From: Octopus vulgaris
Taxonomy: Eukaryota
Reading direction: 5' to 3'
Assembly (NCBI GenBank): GCA_951406725.2
Contig: OX597828.1
Location: 36,704,001-36,768,000, forward strand
DNA: 64,000 nucleotides
A program made the position numbers and the translations under genes. The notes under the pieces were generated by a model, which did not search any database, had not been told where the DNA came from, and saw only the letters and a list, made by a program, of their open reading frames with translations. Below, in pieces: positions 25,968-42,507 of the stretch. Each line of letters opens with the position of its first letter. Within the stretch, counting starts at the first letter, position 1.

Positions 25968-25973
25968 AATAAA
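25968..25973 (+). promoter_or_regulatory. Candidate polyadenylation signal of the cystine-knot gene (copy 2 at 55760-55765)
   Basis: AATAAA ~640 nt after the TAA stop, followed by a U-rich stretch and just before a SINE. Confidence 0.45.
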
Positions 25974-26044
25974 ATTGCATTCCACTCTACCTTTGGGCTT
26001 CGAGTACTATTTTTTCCACCTTGTTTTGCATTTCGAGGAAATCA

Positions 26045-26370
26045 CACCAGGACTTATTCTTTGTAAGTCTAGTATTTATTCTATCGGTGTCTTTTTGCCG
26101 ACCCGCTAAGTTACGGGGGACGTACACACACACCAGCATTGGTTGCCAAGCGATGCTGGCGGTGGGGGTGGGTGGCGTTAAACACAGACACACAATCACA
26201 CACACATATATACATACATACACATATATACAACGGGCTTCTTTCACAAGGCTTTGGTCGACCCGAGGCTATAGTAGAAGACACCTCCACAAGATGCCAC
26301 GGAGTGGGACCGAACCTGGAACCATGTGGTTGGTAAGTAAGCTACATACCACACACCCACTCTTGCGCCT
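26045..26370 (-). mobile_element. tRNA-derived SINE (copy ~55837-56162)
   Basis: Same family as 10795-11235 and 63311-63735. Confidence 0.75.
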
Positions 26371-26740
26371 ATGATTATATATGTATATATATACATATAT
26401 GTGTATATATAATGTATATATACAAGGTGTATATATCTGTATTTATGTATATTAAACTTTTTCATACTTTTTCATAGTTATATATATATTTTTAAACAAA
26501 TTATAAATATAATTTAATAATTTTTATTTTCAATTTAAATAATTTAAATTTTTCAATTTTATATTTTATATATTTTCTATATTATATTTTTTTTTAATGT
26601 TTTTGTTTTTGGTTTTTCACTGTTTGATTTGCCTATTAGGGGTTTTATCTCTAATTTAATTTATACAGATATATATCTCATTTGTATACATTTGTATATA
26701 TAATGCGTGCACACACACACACACACATATATATACATAC

Positions 26741-26773
<33 letters not shown>

Positions 26774-27976
26774 TATAATGTGTGCATTACGTAGTCGGTC
26801 GATTCAGCTGAAAATATGCACACCTATGTTAAAAGTGCTGGCAAGTTTGCATGAGAACTATTTTTTTCCTCAAATGAAAGGCGTCACCTCTAGGACAAAA
26901 TTCCTCATCTTATAAAATGTGGCCCCAGTACACCCGAATGAAATCGGGTTATATTAACCAAAATGTGAAAAGGGGTCTAAATGGGGCTGGAAGGGGATTA
27001 AAATTTCAAGGAGCGGGTGTTTAGGAATTCTCTGTTACATTAAGCTAAAAAATTTGCGCCAGCCTTTTAATCGTCAATGTGTTGCCGTCCATGATAAAGA
27101 AGTTTTGAATGCTTGCCATGGTGAGTCTACTGTCGTGAGAAAGAATCACTTCAAAACTTGGTGTTTACGAATATTCTTTTACATCAAGTTCAAAATTTTA
27201 CGCCAGCCGTTAAACTGTCAATACGTTGCTGTCCGTCGTTAAGAAATGCCAGCCATGGTGACTCTACTATCCTCAGATTCTATCCCTTCAAACTTTGGTT
27301 TCCAATATTTTATTATTTTTATTCAGCTCGCAAGTTCGTCTGTCCCTTTTAAATGTTAGCGTATTGCTGTCTGCCTTGAAGCAGACCTTTCCGTTGCCAC
27401 TGCCTGATATTTATGATTGATCTTTCTAAATATTTTATTTCTCAACTTACTCAAGCTCTTCTGTTGTTTATAAATGGGAGAGAGATAGATAAAGATAGAG
27501 AGTAAGAGAAAGCGAGGGAGAGTCCGAGAGAAAAGAAAAGTAAGAGAGTGGGAAAGTGAGAGAGAAAGGAGAGAGAAACAAAGAAGGAGAATCATCATCA
27601 TCATCATCGTTTAACGTCACGTCCGTTTTCCGTGCTAGCACGGGTTGGAGAGTGTGACCGGGGTCTGGGAAGCCAGCCAGGAGGCTGCACCAGGCTCCAG
27701 TCTGATCTGGCAGTGTTTCTACAGGTGGATGCCCTTCCTAACGCCAACAACTCTGTGAGTGTAGTGGGTGCTTTTTTCGTGCCGCCGGAAAGGGGCCAGG
27801 TGGGCTCGCTGCGGCAACGATCGGTTGGTGCTTTTTACGTGCCACCGGCACAGAAGCAAGTCAAGGCGTCGCTGCAATCGGCCACGTTAAGATGGTGGTT
27901 TTTACGTGCTGAAAGGAAGGAACAGAAAGAAACAACCACACTCTTACCCGCGCGTAGAGCGGGTCACCTTCAGCTA

Positions 27977-28021
<45 letters not shown>

Positions 28022-28782
28022 CGTGTGTGTGTGCGTGTGTGTGTGTGTGTGTAGTGTATCTTGCATGCATGAAGTGGATTCGATCTACCGTGGCCAAATT
28101 TTAATTAACACATCAACAGAACTTTTTCCTCAGTGGAACAATGATTTTTGTCTGATAGCAGTTTTACATTTTCCAGAATGCCCTTAGCTACGCTAAAATA
28201 ATGTTTTCATCACTTGACCCTATCTAACATTTTCTATTTTACCAAAAGCTAGGATAGAGATAACAAGACCATCAACTAAATCTTTTGTTCTCAATGATAT
28301 ATCTATACTTCTGGATACTTGTAAAAGCAAGAACACTCCAAGCAAAAATCAGTAGGTGACGACTCAACGAGTGCAGTGACATAGTGACGACTCAGTCAGT
28401 TAGTCACCTTAGTGAAAAAGAAGTCTGGCTGACCAGCTAGAACATTGGTCAGAGGCAGAAATGAAGTTTTCTGTCAGCAACTGTGAGACAACGTCCCACA
28501 CCCTACAGCTCTCATTAGCTCTAATTCTGTTCTCTTACAACATCATTCTATCAATATCTGTGGATTACTACCAATAATTTGTGTACGCCAAACCATGCAA
28601 AACATTCTACCATATCTAACTTTCTTTCGCATGCTCTCGGATGTTATAACCTGCTCGTCGAAGTATGGAATTTTTCAAAGTAACGGTGCATAAATAATGC
28701 ATGAAGTTTTAAGAAAGTATTTATTTACCGTTACGTTGAAAATTTCCATACCTCGGCGGGCAGGTTATAACATATGTATGTG

Positions 28783-28829
<47 letters not shown>

Positions 28830-28986
28830 GAGTGTATTTTTACCTTGTTAACAATTAACACGGAAAAAATAAATAAAGTTTGCATTGTTTATACCATTTA
28901 TTCTTTTGAATAGTATCAGTGGAAATTTCGAAACATGTGTCGAAAGTAAAAATATTTGATTACACCTGCGTTAACTCCATTTTTTA

Positions 28987-29026
<40 letters not shown>

Positions 29027-29078
29027 CGTGTGTGTGTATGTGTGTATATGTATATATATATACATATATATATGTATG

Positions 29079-29116
<38 letters not shown>

Positions 29117-29120
<4 letters not shown>

Positions 29121-30518
29121 GGTATGCAGAAAAACACAACATGGACAAGAACGTATAACTCTCAGAAGACGACACAATAAACACGGACAGGACACTCGAA
29201 ACCCCCAGTCCCCGGTCAAGAACCGGATCATCGCAGCAACCTCGGCTGATTAATCTTGAGATTACTAGATCACGGCCAGCCCTCCAAGAAAAACCAAGCA
29301 ACGAGCACCAGAAAAACTAAGCTGGGAGCGTAGATTTCCTGGAAGAAGGATCGAATGCATACGAACACCGGGACAGCAAAAGGGACGAATATAAAAGGCA
29401 AAAAACAATAATGGAATACAGAAACACGAAATACAGAAGCATTAACGGTGAAAACAACAAGTGACTTACGACTGATAACAAGCAAACAAATTTTCTCTGG
29501 CGCATTGGAAAGGAGCCTTATCGGCGATGCCTTGGCGGCGGACGAAAAACAACGATGTTGACACGTCGCTGGTGGGAAGCTGAGAGGCAGATTTCGGCCA
29601 GCGGTCACGTGACAGAGAAGAGAGAAAAGAAAAGAAAGAGAAGCAAAGGAAGGAAGAGAGAGAGAGAAGAGAGAGAGAGAGGAGGGACAAACGCAACAAG
29701 GGGAGAGAAGAGAGAGAAAGAAGGAATCAGAGAGGAGAAGGGATGGGTGTCGAAGATTGACCTGTGAGTGCAGAGCGAGACAAAGAAATGGAAGGGTAGG
29801 GGAAGAGTAGACCAAAGAATCAGAGGAAAGAGAAGAGAAAAAGAGGATGAGTAGAGAGAAAGAGAGAGAAGGGGACAGATCAAGTAAAAGTGAGAGAGAG
29901 AGAGACAAACAGAGAGTCGTACCAATTTTTAAGAATATGTGCTCACATTAATGTTAAGAGGGTACGTAGCGCCTGGAATATATATTAAGGCATGCAGAAA
30001 AACACAACATGGACAAGAACGTATAACTCTCAGAAGACGACACAATAAACACGGACAGGACACTCGAAACCCCCAGTCCCCAGTCAAGAACCGGATCATC
30101 GCAGCAACCTCGGCTGATTAATCTTGAGATTACTAGATCACGGCCAGCCCTCCAAGAAAAACCAAGCAACGAGCACCAGAAAAACTAAGCTGGGAGCGTA
30201 GATTTCTTGGAAGAAGGATCGAATGCATACGAACACCGGGACAGCAAAAGGGACGAATATAAAAGGCAAAAAACAATAATGGAATACAGAAACATGAAAT
30301 ACAGAAGCATTAACCGTGAAAACAACAAGTGTCTTACGACTGATAACAAGCAAACAAATTTTCTCTGGCGCATTGGAAAGGAGCCTTATCGGCGATGCCT
30401 TGGCGGCGGACGAAAAACAACGATGTTGACACGTCGCTGGTGGGAAGCTGAGAGGCAGATTTCGGCCAGCGGTCACGTGACAGAGAAGAGAGAAAAGAAA
30501 AGAAAGAGAAGCAAAGGA

Positions 30519-30556
<38 letters not shown>

Positions 30557-31324
30557 GGACAAACGCAACAAGGGGAGAGAAGAGAGAGAAAGAAGGAATC
30601 AGAGAGGAGAAGGGATAGGTGTCGAAGATTGACTTGTGATTGCAGAGCGAGACAAAGAAATGGAAGGGTAGGGGAAGAGTAGACCAAAGAATCAGAGGAA
30701 AGAGAAGAGAAAAAGAGGATGAGTAGAGAGAAAAGAGAGAGAAGGGGACAGATCAAGTAAAAGTGAGAGAGAGAGAGACAAACAGAGAGTCGTACCAATT
30801 TTTAAGAATATGTGCTCACATTAATGTTAAGAGGGTACGTAGCGCCTGGAATATATATTAAGGTATGCAGAAAAACACAACATGGACAAGAACGTATAAC
30901 TCTCAGAAGACGACACAATAAACACGGACAGGACACTCGAAACCCCCAGTCCCCGGTCAAGAACCGGATCATCGCAGCAACCTCGGCTGATTAATCTTGA
31001 GATTACTAGATCACGGCCAGCCCTCCAAGAAAAACCAAGCAACGAGCACCAGAAAAACTAAGCTGGGAGCGTAGATTTCCTGGAAGAAGGATCGAATGCA
31101 TACGAACACCGGGACAGCAAAAGGGACGAATATAAAAGGCAAAAAACAATAATGGAATACAGAAACATGAAATACAGAAGCATTAACGGTGAAAACAACA
31201 AGTGTCTTACGACTGATAACAAGCAAACAAATTTTCTCTGGCGCATTGGAAAGGAGCCTTATCGGCGATGCCTTGGCGGCGGACGAAAAACAACGATGTT
31301 GACACGTCGCTGGTGGGAAGCTGA
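29117..31324. repeat. Tandem array of ~870-bp units (2.5 copies) in (TA)n; duplicated at ~58918-61123
   Basis: Unit starts TTAAGG(T/C)ATGCAGAAAAACAC occur at 29117, 29985 and 30858; the third unit is truncated. Confidence 0.9.
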
Positions 31325-31401
31325 TGTATATATATATATTCATATATATATACACATGTATATATATATATATACATATACACACACATATATATATATA
31401 T

Positions 31402-31459
<58 letters not shown>

Positions 31460-31462
<3 letters not shown>

Positions 31463-32016
31463 AATAAAAAATGGAGTCAACGCAGGTTTAAACAAGTATT
31501 TTTTCTTTCTACATATGTTTCAAAAATTCCACTGATACTTATTCAAAAGAATAAAAGGTATAAACAATGCAATCTTCTCTTCGGGAAAGTGAAAAAACGA
31601 AACTTGTCAATACGACATTTTAGCAAAAAATGATGGATTCGTATAGCGATAGACAGAACGCTATTAATATTGTTTAAAAAAACGTTATATGATGTAACGT
31701 CATAAGTAGCTAACAGAAAGAGTAGGGATATTAATAGTGAATGTTAAATATAAAGGAAATTAAAGTCTAAACTATATATAATGATAGAGACTACTTATAT
31801 GCACTAAAAGTATGTTTTTGCCAATGCTTACATCTGTATGCTCGTTCTATAACCGTGTTTACTAGAGTATTTTTAGAAAAAATAATGAAAAATAGCTCAG
31901 AATTGCAGAGAAGACAGAATTTCTTGCCTTTGTCATATGGTATCGAAATTGAGAGGATCAACCATTCCAAATGAAATTGTTCATTGTGGTCTTTTAAATT
32001 CCAAATCAGTTTGCTG
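31460..32016 (-). mobile_element. Penelope-like 3' fragment (GIY-YIG tail plus pLTR); copy ~61270-61825
   Basis: SKLIWNLKDHN...FCLLCNSELFFIIF...CKHWQKHTF is homologous to 1265-1510 and is followed by a hammerhead. Confidence 0.75.
31505..31589 (-). ncRNA. Type I hammerhead with variant core CCGAAGA (copy 61314-61398)
   Basis: CTTTC-CCGAAGA-G-AAGATTGCATTG...CAGTGGAATTTT-T-GAAA-CATATG-TA-GAAAG; same architecture as 2054-2135. Confidence 0.65.
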
Positions 32017-32372
32017 ATATATATATATACACACATATACACATACATATGTTATAACCTGCCCGCCGAGGTATGGAATTTTTCAACGTAACGGTAAATA
32101 AATATTTTCTTAAAACTTCTTGCATCATTTACGCACCGATACTTTGAAAAATTTCATACCTCTACGAGCAAGTCATAAATATATACATATACGAAAATAA
32201 ATGTAAAAGAAAAATTCTAATGCCAAATATGCCGGCATATTTGGCATTAGAATTTTACTTTTGCCCTTATTTTTGTAAATTATTTATAAATTTAACCTTT
32301 AAAGATATTATTTGATATGCTGGCCATTGATAACATTTTTTTCCCGAAAAAAAAATGTATCCTACATGTATA

Positions 32373-32436
<64 letters not shown>

Positions 32437-33708
32437 TGTAGCGAATCTTGCATGCATGTAGCCAAATTTAAATCAACACTGCTACAGAACTTTTCCCATC
32501 GTGGAACAATGGTTTTTCTCTGACACCGGTTTTACATTTTCCAGATGCCTTTAGCTAGGCCAAAAAAATGTCTCCCCCACTTGACCCTTTCTGACCTCTT
32601 CTACTTCACCAAAAGCTAGAATAGATAACAAGACCACCAACTAAATTTATTGTTCTCAATGATATATCTATCCTTCTGGATCTTTATATAAGTAAGCATA
32701 CCCCAAGCAAAGGTCAGTCAGTCACTTGTCGGCGACTAAACAAGGCAGTTCGTGACGACTCATTTAGTAAGGAAAGGACTGCTAGAATAGAAATGGTCAG
32801 AGAGAGAAATAAAAAATTACTACCAGCAACTTCAGACAACGTCCCACACTCTCTCACTCTCAGTAACTCTAACTCAGTTCTCTTACAACATCATACTGCC
32901 TCCACAATTACTACTGAACCATGAAGAGAACCCAGCATTCTACCGCATCTAACTTTCGCATGTTTTTGGATTTGTCATCCTGCCCGTCGAGGCAAGGTAT
33001 TGTAACGTAAGGGTAAATAAACAGTTCCTTCAAACTTCATGCATTCTTCATCTTACTTACACATTTTACAATTTGCCGTTTTAACAACAAACTCGAATCG
33101 TCACAATTTCTGACCATAACATTTCATAATATTGTACATCAAATCACACATACATACACACATACATACACATACACATACATACTCATAAATACATACA
33201 TACATACGTACATACACACACATACATACCTACATGCATACATACATACACACAAAACATACACACCTACATACATACATACATACACACATACACACAT
33301 ACACACATACACACACACATACACACATACATACACACACATATACATACATACATACATACATACATACACACACACATACACACATACACACACACAC
33401 ATCCACAAACACACATACACACACATACACAGACACATACATACATACACACATACATACACGCACATACATACACACATACATACACACATACATACAC
33501 ACACACATACATACACACCCACATACATACATACATACATACAAACATACATACATACATACATACACACACATACATACATACATACATACATACATAC
33601 ACACACACATACACATACATACATACATACATACATGTGTGTGTGTGTGTGTATATATATATAAATATATATACATACATATATTTATATATATATATAT
33701 ACACATGC

Positions 33709-33739
<31 letters not shown>

Positions 33740-33756
33740 CACACACACACACACGC

Positions 33757-36307
<2,551 letters not shown>

Positions 36308-36310
<3 letters not shown>

Positions 36311-36660
36311 TTATATATACATATTTATATATAGAACACACACACACATATACATTATATATACATATTTATATATAGAACACACACACACACACTCATA
36401 CATTATATATACATATTTATATATAGAACACACACACACATACATTATATATACATATTTATATATAGAACACACACACATACATTATATATACATATTT
36501 ATATATAGAACACACACACACACATACATTATATATACATATTTATATATAGAACACACACACACACATACATTATATATACATATTTATATATAGAACA
36601 CACACACACACACACGTACATTATATATACATATTTATATACAGAACACACACACACACA
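36308..36660 (+). repeat. Minisatellite with a ~40-bp unit, ACATTATATATACATATTTATATATAGAAC(AC)nAT
   Basis: Roughly nine tandem copies are visible. Confidence 0.85.
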
Positions 36661-37380
36661 TATAAATGAACGCAAGAATATCTGATTCATAATATTTGTT
36701 CTCATGCTCGTGTGTTGTTGGTGACAGACATATACTTAAAAGAACGCCGTCGAAGTGATGGGAAGCTAGGAAACAGAGTCCGTGAAAAAGAAAGGAAATA
36801 GCGAGAGTGACAGATACTTTAAAAAACCTCTCAAAGTTATAAATGAAGGGGAGTAAGAGAGGGAAAGGAGGAAATAGCGTGAGTGAGGAAGATGGCCCCT
36901 AGCAACCACACCTTTTGAAAGCGAACCAAGCGGTAAAAACGCATTTCAGTTTTATATAGAGGGATTATATATAGAGATATAAATTAATAGTTATCGCCAA
37001 ACTAACATGTCAGTCCATAAATATAAGACTAAAGCTGTCGCTGAATCGCTCCAAGAGGCCATCGCCTCTAGCTAGCTATATGACACACAAACCTGCGTCC
37101 ATTACAACCTTCGAACAGGGGAGGTCAGCCGCTTCACCTTGCTGGTCAGACATCTGCAGACATGTTTCAGGGTTGTTGCTCTTTATCACTGCCGCATAAT
37201 TAGACCCAGCAGGTGTCGCTACCCACCGTCTGTTTATTTACCTAGTTACAGTGGAATACATCCACTAGTTTTCAATAATAGAAATATTAAAATTACTAAG
37301 TCTCTCTAAAGGAAATTACGGCAGCTTTACTGGATATTAATAGTCATCGCCAAACTAATACCACCTTGCTGGTCAGACAT

Positions 37381-37421
37381 CTGCAGACATGTTTCAGGGT
37401 TGTTGCCCTTTATCAATGCAG
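37381..37421 (-). ncRNA. Minimal type I hammerhead with U3-A8 covariant core (UUGAUAA); degenerate sister at 37154-37192
   Basis: Minus strand reads CTGCA-TTGATAA-AGGG-CAACAA-CCCT-GAAA-CATG-TC-TGCAG. Stems I and II are perfect and stem III is the palindrome ACATGT. Confidence 0.75.
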
Positions 37422-37460
37422 CGCAGTCAGACCCAGCAGGTGTCGCTACTGACCGTCTGT

Positions 37461-37580
<120 letters not shown>

Positions 37581-37742
37581 TATGTATATATATATGGAAC
37601 TTTTTAAAGTAACGGTGCATAAATACTTTCTTAAAACTTCATGCATTGTTCAGCTTTCACATCCTACATTATGCAATTATAACAACAAATTTCTCCCGCT
37701 ACAAATTGGTGATCCTCGACTTCATGTAAAAACTTTATCGTG

Positions 37743-37797
<55 letters not shown>

Positions 37798-37876
37798 AAT
37801 TGAGATAGGGGTTGTAAATGCAACCCTCCATGGGATAACATATATCCAATATACTGCTAGTGAAGACTGAGTTATA

Positions 37877-38014
37877 TTACATAATCTCCAAAGAGGCCTT
37901 ATGATATTTTTGTAAATGTCTCATTTATATCTATATATTGACCAACCATAAAGGGCTAATATTGGTAAAATGAGACATACTTATCTACATGGCCGAAACA
38001 GCTGTAAGATGTAA
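37877..38014 (+). ncRNA. Hammerhead-like motif with a long stem II and a decayed core (CCAAAGA)
   Basis: ATCT-CCAAAGA-GGCC...[TGTCTCATTT/AAATGAGACA]...GGCC-GAAA-CAGCTG-TA-AGAT; stem III is the palindrome ACAGCTGT. Confidence 0.55.
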
Positions 38015-38254
38015 TCTATACTTATATTTATATTTACTTATATTTATATTCTCCTTTATATATATTCTACTTATTATACAACATTACTCTTTTATGTACA
38101 CTTTTTATGTACATTCCTTTATGTACACTGATTTGTTCTGCTCTTTATATTTAACTCTACAGTCTCTTATGTGGTGGTTTAATAAAGTATGTGATTGAGT
38201 ATTATCTGGTAATTGATATTTGATTTAGATGTATTTCTCCATATTCTTATCTTG

Positions 38255-38312
<58 letters not shown>

Positions 38313-41300
38313 CATACATACATACATACATACATACATACATACATACATACATACATACATACATACGTAAGTAAAAACAGAGATACCTTGTTCTTGA
38401 TGTTGAAATTCTAATGAATGGGCCTCGGAGCCTAGATTAGAAATCGGTTCTTTCTCTAATGGCAAGAAATCTTCAAATAAAACTGAACAATGACATACAT
38501 ATATATGTGAGGGTGTGTTTGTGTGTCTTTGTATGTTTGTGCTAGTATTGATTGTGGGTGCTTTCACGACCACATTCAGCGGAACACATGCACGTACACA
38601 CATAAGTATATAAATGCACAGACGTACACGAACACAAATACACAAACACGAAACTGTATTTGCAAACTCTCACGTACACAGATATACACACATACAAACA
38701 CATACACATGACGTCAGAACTGTCAAAAAATATGTAAGAAAAAAACAGCAAAAAAATAAAACAAATATAAAAAACCCATAAACAAAACAAAACAAAGTAG
38801 AGGTAGGTTTACAGAAATTCAACTCGAATTATCCACTTCTGCGGGAACCAATCAAGTAGTGTCTCCCGTAATTTAATATTTCAACGCTTACATTTCACTA
38901 TTGACATTCTATACCTTCGTTCAATCAGTTCTCTTTACCTTTTGCAGCAATTAATTCAAAGAGGTAATATATAATCATAAACACTCTCCATTCTTGCATA
39001 ATTTTTTTTTGTTTTGTTTCTGTTTGTATTTTTTTCATTTATTGTCATTCTCTTTTATATTTTCTTAAATCGCAATAATTAACTTTCAAACAAAGTCTTT
39101 ATTTTGTCGCAAGACTTTCGGTGGGAAATCCTATGTTTTAACAGACGTTGTGTATATTTGTGACAATAAACACATGAACTGGTTCTATTCCAGTTTCTTT
39201 TATTGTCATTAACCAATCCAGTTAACTAATTAACCAATTAAAAGATCGATTGCTTGATTAATCGTACCATGTGGTTGGGAAGCAAACCATACAACGACTC
39301 CTTTCATTTTATCATTGTTTCTACGTCATAACTTCAACATAACATCAGTTTGTGCGTTTTTATATTTGTCATTGTGTATATACTCAGGGGTGCATGTGTG
39401 CAAAAGTAGGTGCACAGTATCATATCAATGTTACAATACTTAATTCACTAAAGGCGGCGAGCTGGCAGAATCGTTAGCACGCTGGACGGAATGCCTAGAG
39501 ATATTTCGTCTGCCGCTACGTTCTGAGTTCAAAATCCGCCGAGGTTGACTTTGCCTTTCATCCTTTCGGGGTCGATTAAATAAGTACCAGTTACGCACTG
39601 GGGTCGTTGTAATCGACTTAATCCGTTTGTCTGTCCTTGTTTGTCCTCTCTGTGTTTAGACCCTTGTGGGTAGTAAAGAAATAGGTATTTCATCTGAGTT
39701 CAAATTCCGCCGAGGTCGACTTTGCCTTTCGGGGTCGATAAATGAAGTACCAGTTTCGTGCTGTGGTTTGTCTAATTGATTGGCCCCCTCCCACAAAATT
39801 TCGGGCATTGTACCTAGAGTAGAAAAGAATACTTGATTCAATAAATAAGTTAGTCTAAATTTTGATATTCTCAGTGTCATTAATCATAACTATAATAATA
39901 TTTTAATCGTAACTTTTAATGTTTTTGATAAAAAAAAATGAATATTGTACGTGTTTTTTTCATAACTTTACACCTATATTTGTACCACCCCGATATATTT
40001 TTTTAATCATTAATTTTTATCATAACAACTTATAACTCTTTTGAAACGATCATTCCTGTTTTATCATTACTCTTACCATTCTTTCTTTATTACAGCCATT
40101 AAAAAATCCTATCTTAATTTCATAATTATCCTTTTAATTTTATAAGTCATTATTACAATTGTTTCTTTTACCTTATCTCATTTTCCTAATTCTTCATCAT
40201 AACTTTGGTTTGTCATTGCCACTTCATCATAACACACAAACACACACTTCATCATAACACACACACATACACACACACAAATACACACACTCACACACAC
40301 ATGCGTGCATGCTCTCCCGCTCGCGCGCTCGCGTTCCGGCACACATTTCCCGTTTAGTGGAGAATGATCTGAAGAAGGTTTGTCTGCTATTTCTAGTGTG
40401 TCAAGTGACTGCACGGGGAATCCCAGGCTGGCTCATAGCAAAGTGGTTTAGCTGTAGATGTTGTTTAACGCTACTCACGGACCTATAAGCACGGGTATTC
40501 CAATATGACCCACCTCGCATATTCCCCACCCACAATATATCCACTGCCTTATTATTAGTCCAAGTAAATTTTCTTTTCTTTTCTTTCTTTTACTTCTTTC
40601 AGTCATTTGACTGCGGCCATGCTGGAGCACCACCTTTAGTAGAGCAAATCGACCCCAGGACGTATTCTTTGTAAGCCTAGCACATATTCTATCGGGTCCA
40701 TTTTGCCGAACCGCTAAGTTTCGGGGACGTAAACACAACGACATCGGTTGTCAAGCGATGTTGGGGGTACAAACAGACACATAAACATATACACACTCAT
40801 ACACACACGCACACACACACACACACATACATACACACACACACATGTATACATATATACGATGGGCTTCTTTCAGTTTCCGTCTACCGAATTGACTCAC
40901 AAGGCTTTGGTCGGCCCGAGGCTATAGTAGAAAGCATTTGCCCAAAATGCCACGCAGTGGGACTGAACCTGGAATCATGTGGTTGGTAAGCAAGCTACTT
41001 ACCACACAGTCACTTCTGTGTTAGGTTTTTCCATAATATTTTCATGGTTGTCAGAAACTTGAGAAAATTAATACTTTAAAACGAATTGTATGTTAAAGTA
41101 GCAATTAACGAGCGGGTTACCATCCCAGCGAACATATTTGACGCCACCACCACCTTAGCGATTCATTATTATTTCTAACATAGGAGGCAATGCTAGGAAT
41201 TTTAAGGATAGGAGTAATTCGGTTTCTAGGTTCTCAGTGAAAAACTTTCATTTTAATAGCAAGAAGACAAAAATAAGGTCTCGCATTCATATTATTTTTA

Positions 41301-42446
41301 TTTCTTCGTAGACAAGCTTTAAAACAAGTTAGAAACCATTTTGGTCCTATTAAAAAATGCAGTTTATTGATGGTCGTGTCAGACGATACAGTAACAAGGC
41401 CGCTGACATTTGTTATGTAAGAAAAACACATAACTAAAATGTTTCTTTATTATTTCAGGCTCTAGTTTTTCTCCGTTCTCCTTCCAGCCTGTAACACAAA
41501 ACTGTGTACTGATTATAAGTCACACACATGCACGTTCACCTACACGATCACTCAGACAGGTGCGCGCACCCGCACGCCTGTGCACATTCGCGCCCTAGTG
41601 TACACAATCATACTCATACGCATAGACAGTTATATTCACACATACACATTCACTCACATACGGAAAACAAAAAAAAACAAAAACACATCACATTATCTAT
41701 TACACACATTAAGATACTTGCACACACATTCGCAAACTCACCCATTTGCCCAACGATGCCGCTTTAATGTACAAGTAGGAACTGATCACCAGAGGCGGAA
41801 AGGAACGATTGGCAGGAATGGCGACCCTGAAGCCAATGTGAATGAAGAGACCTTACTAGACTTCTGTGCTGGAAATGGGTTCTCCATTATGAACACAACA
41901 CAGGGATATCAATAAGTATATCTGGTGTAGGAATACTTTGGGAGAGTGGACTCTGATAGTTTTTGACATCATATCTGACATCCTTGTTTCGGTAATGGAT
42001 ATTTATGTAAAGAGAGGCGCAGAGCTATCAGCTGATCGCCAGCTAGTTGTCTGCCGCCCGAGACTATCTACTGCCGGGAGAACTCACAAAGCTAGTGAGT
42101 CTAGTGTGACTTATAGAATGAAGTGGCAAGCCGTGGCGGGTGGTGGGGTCAGAAATATTAGGTTGGCGCATAATCATTGCGGCTTTTTTTCAATAAATTT
42201 TATTCAACAAAAACAGTAACAACATTTAAGAGAAACATCTTTAAATGATTATTACGGAGCATATTCACCATCTACTTCAATTTCTTCTTGGCGTTTTGTT
42301 TAATTTTTTTGTTGAATAAAATTTATTGAAAGAGAATAATTATGCACCAACCTAATATTTCTGACCCCATCACCCGCATAGCGACGGCGGAAATATTGCT
42401 AAACATTTTATCCGGGGCGCTAACGATTCTGCCAGCTAACGATAAG

Positions 42447-42507
<61 letters not shown>

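Larger units (their letters stand above)
8545..33146 (+). repeat. Segmental direct duplication, copy 1 (~24.6 kb)
   Basis: Colinear with 38330-62956. The ORF track repeats at an offset of ~29,760-29,810. Differences are mostly microsatellite lengths and scattered SNPs. Confidence 0.97.

Noticed and set aside
28870-28950. 3' half of a hammerhead (CGAAACATGTGTCGAAAG); inverted copy at ~33845
   Set aside because: The CUGANGA half is missing; it is only a remnant of the Penelope end family.
29270-30798. ORFs of 112-219 aa in the 870-bp array
   Set aside because: Low-complexity GA/CT-driven frames that change with microsatellite length between copies; no recognisable domain.
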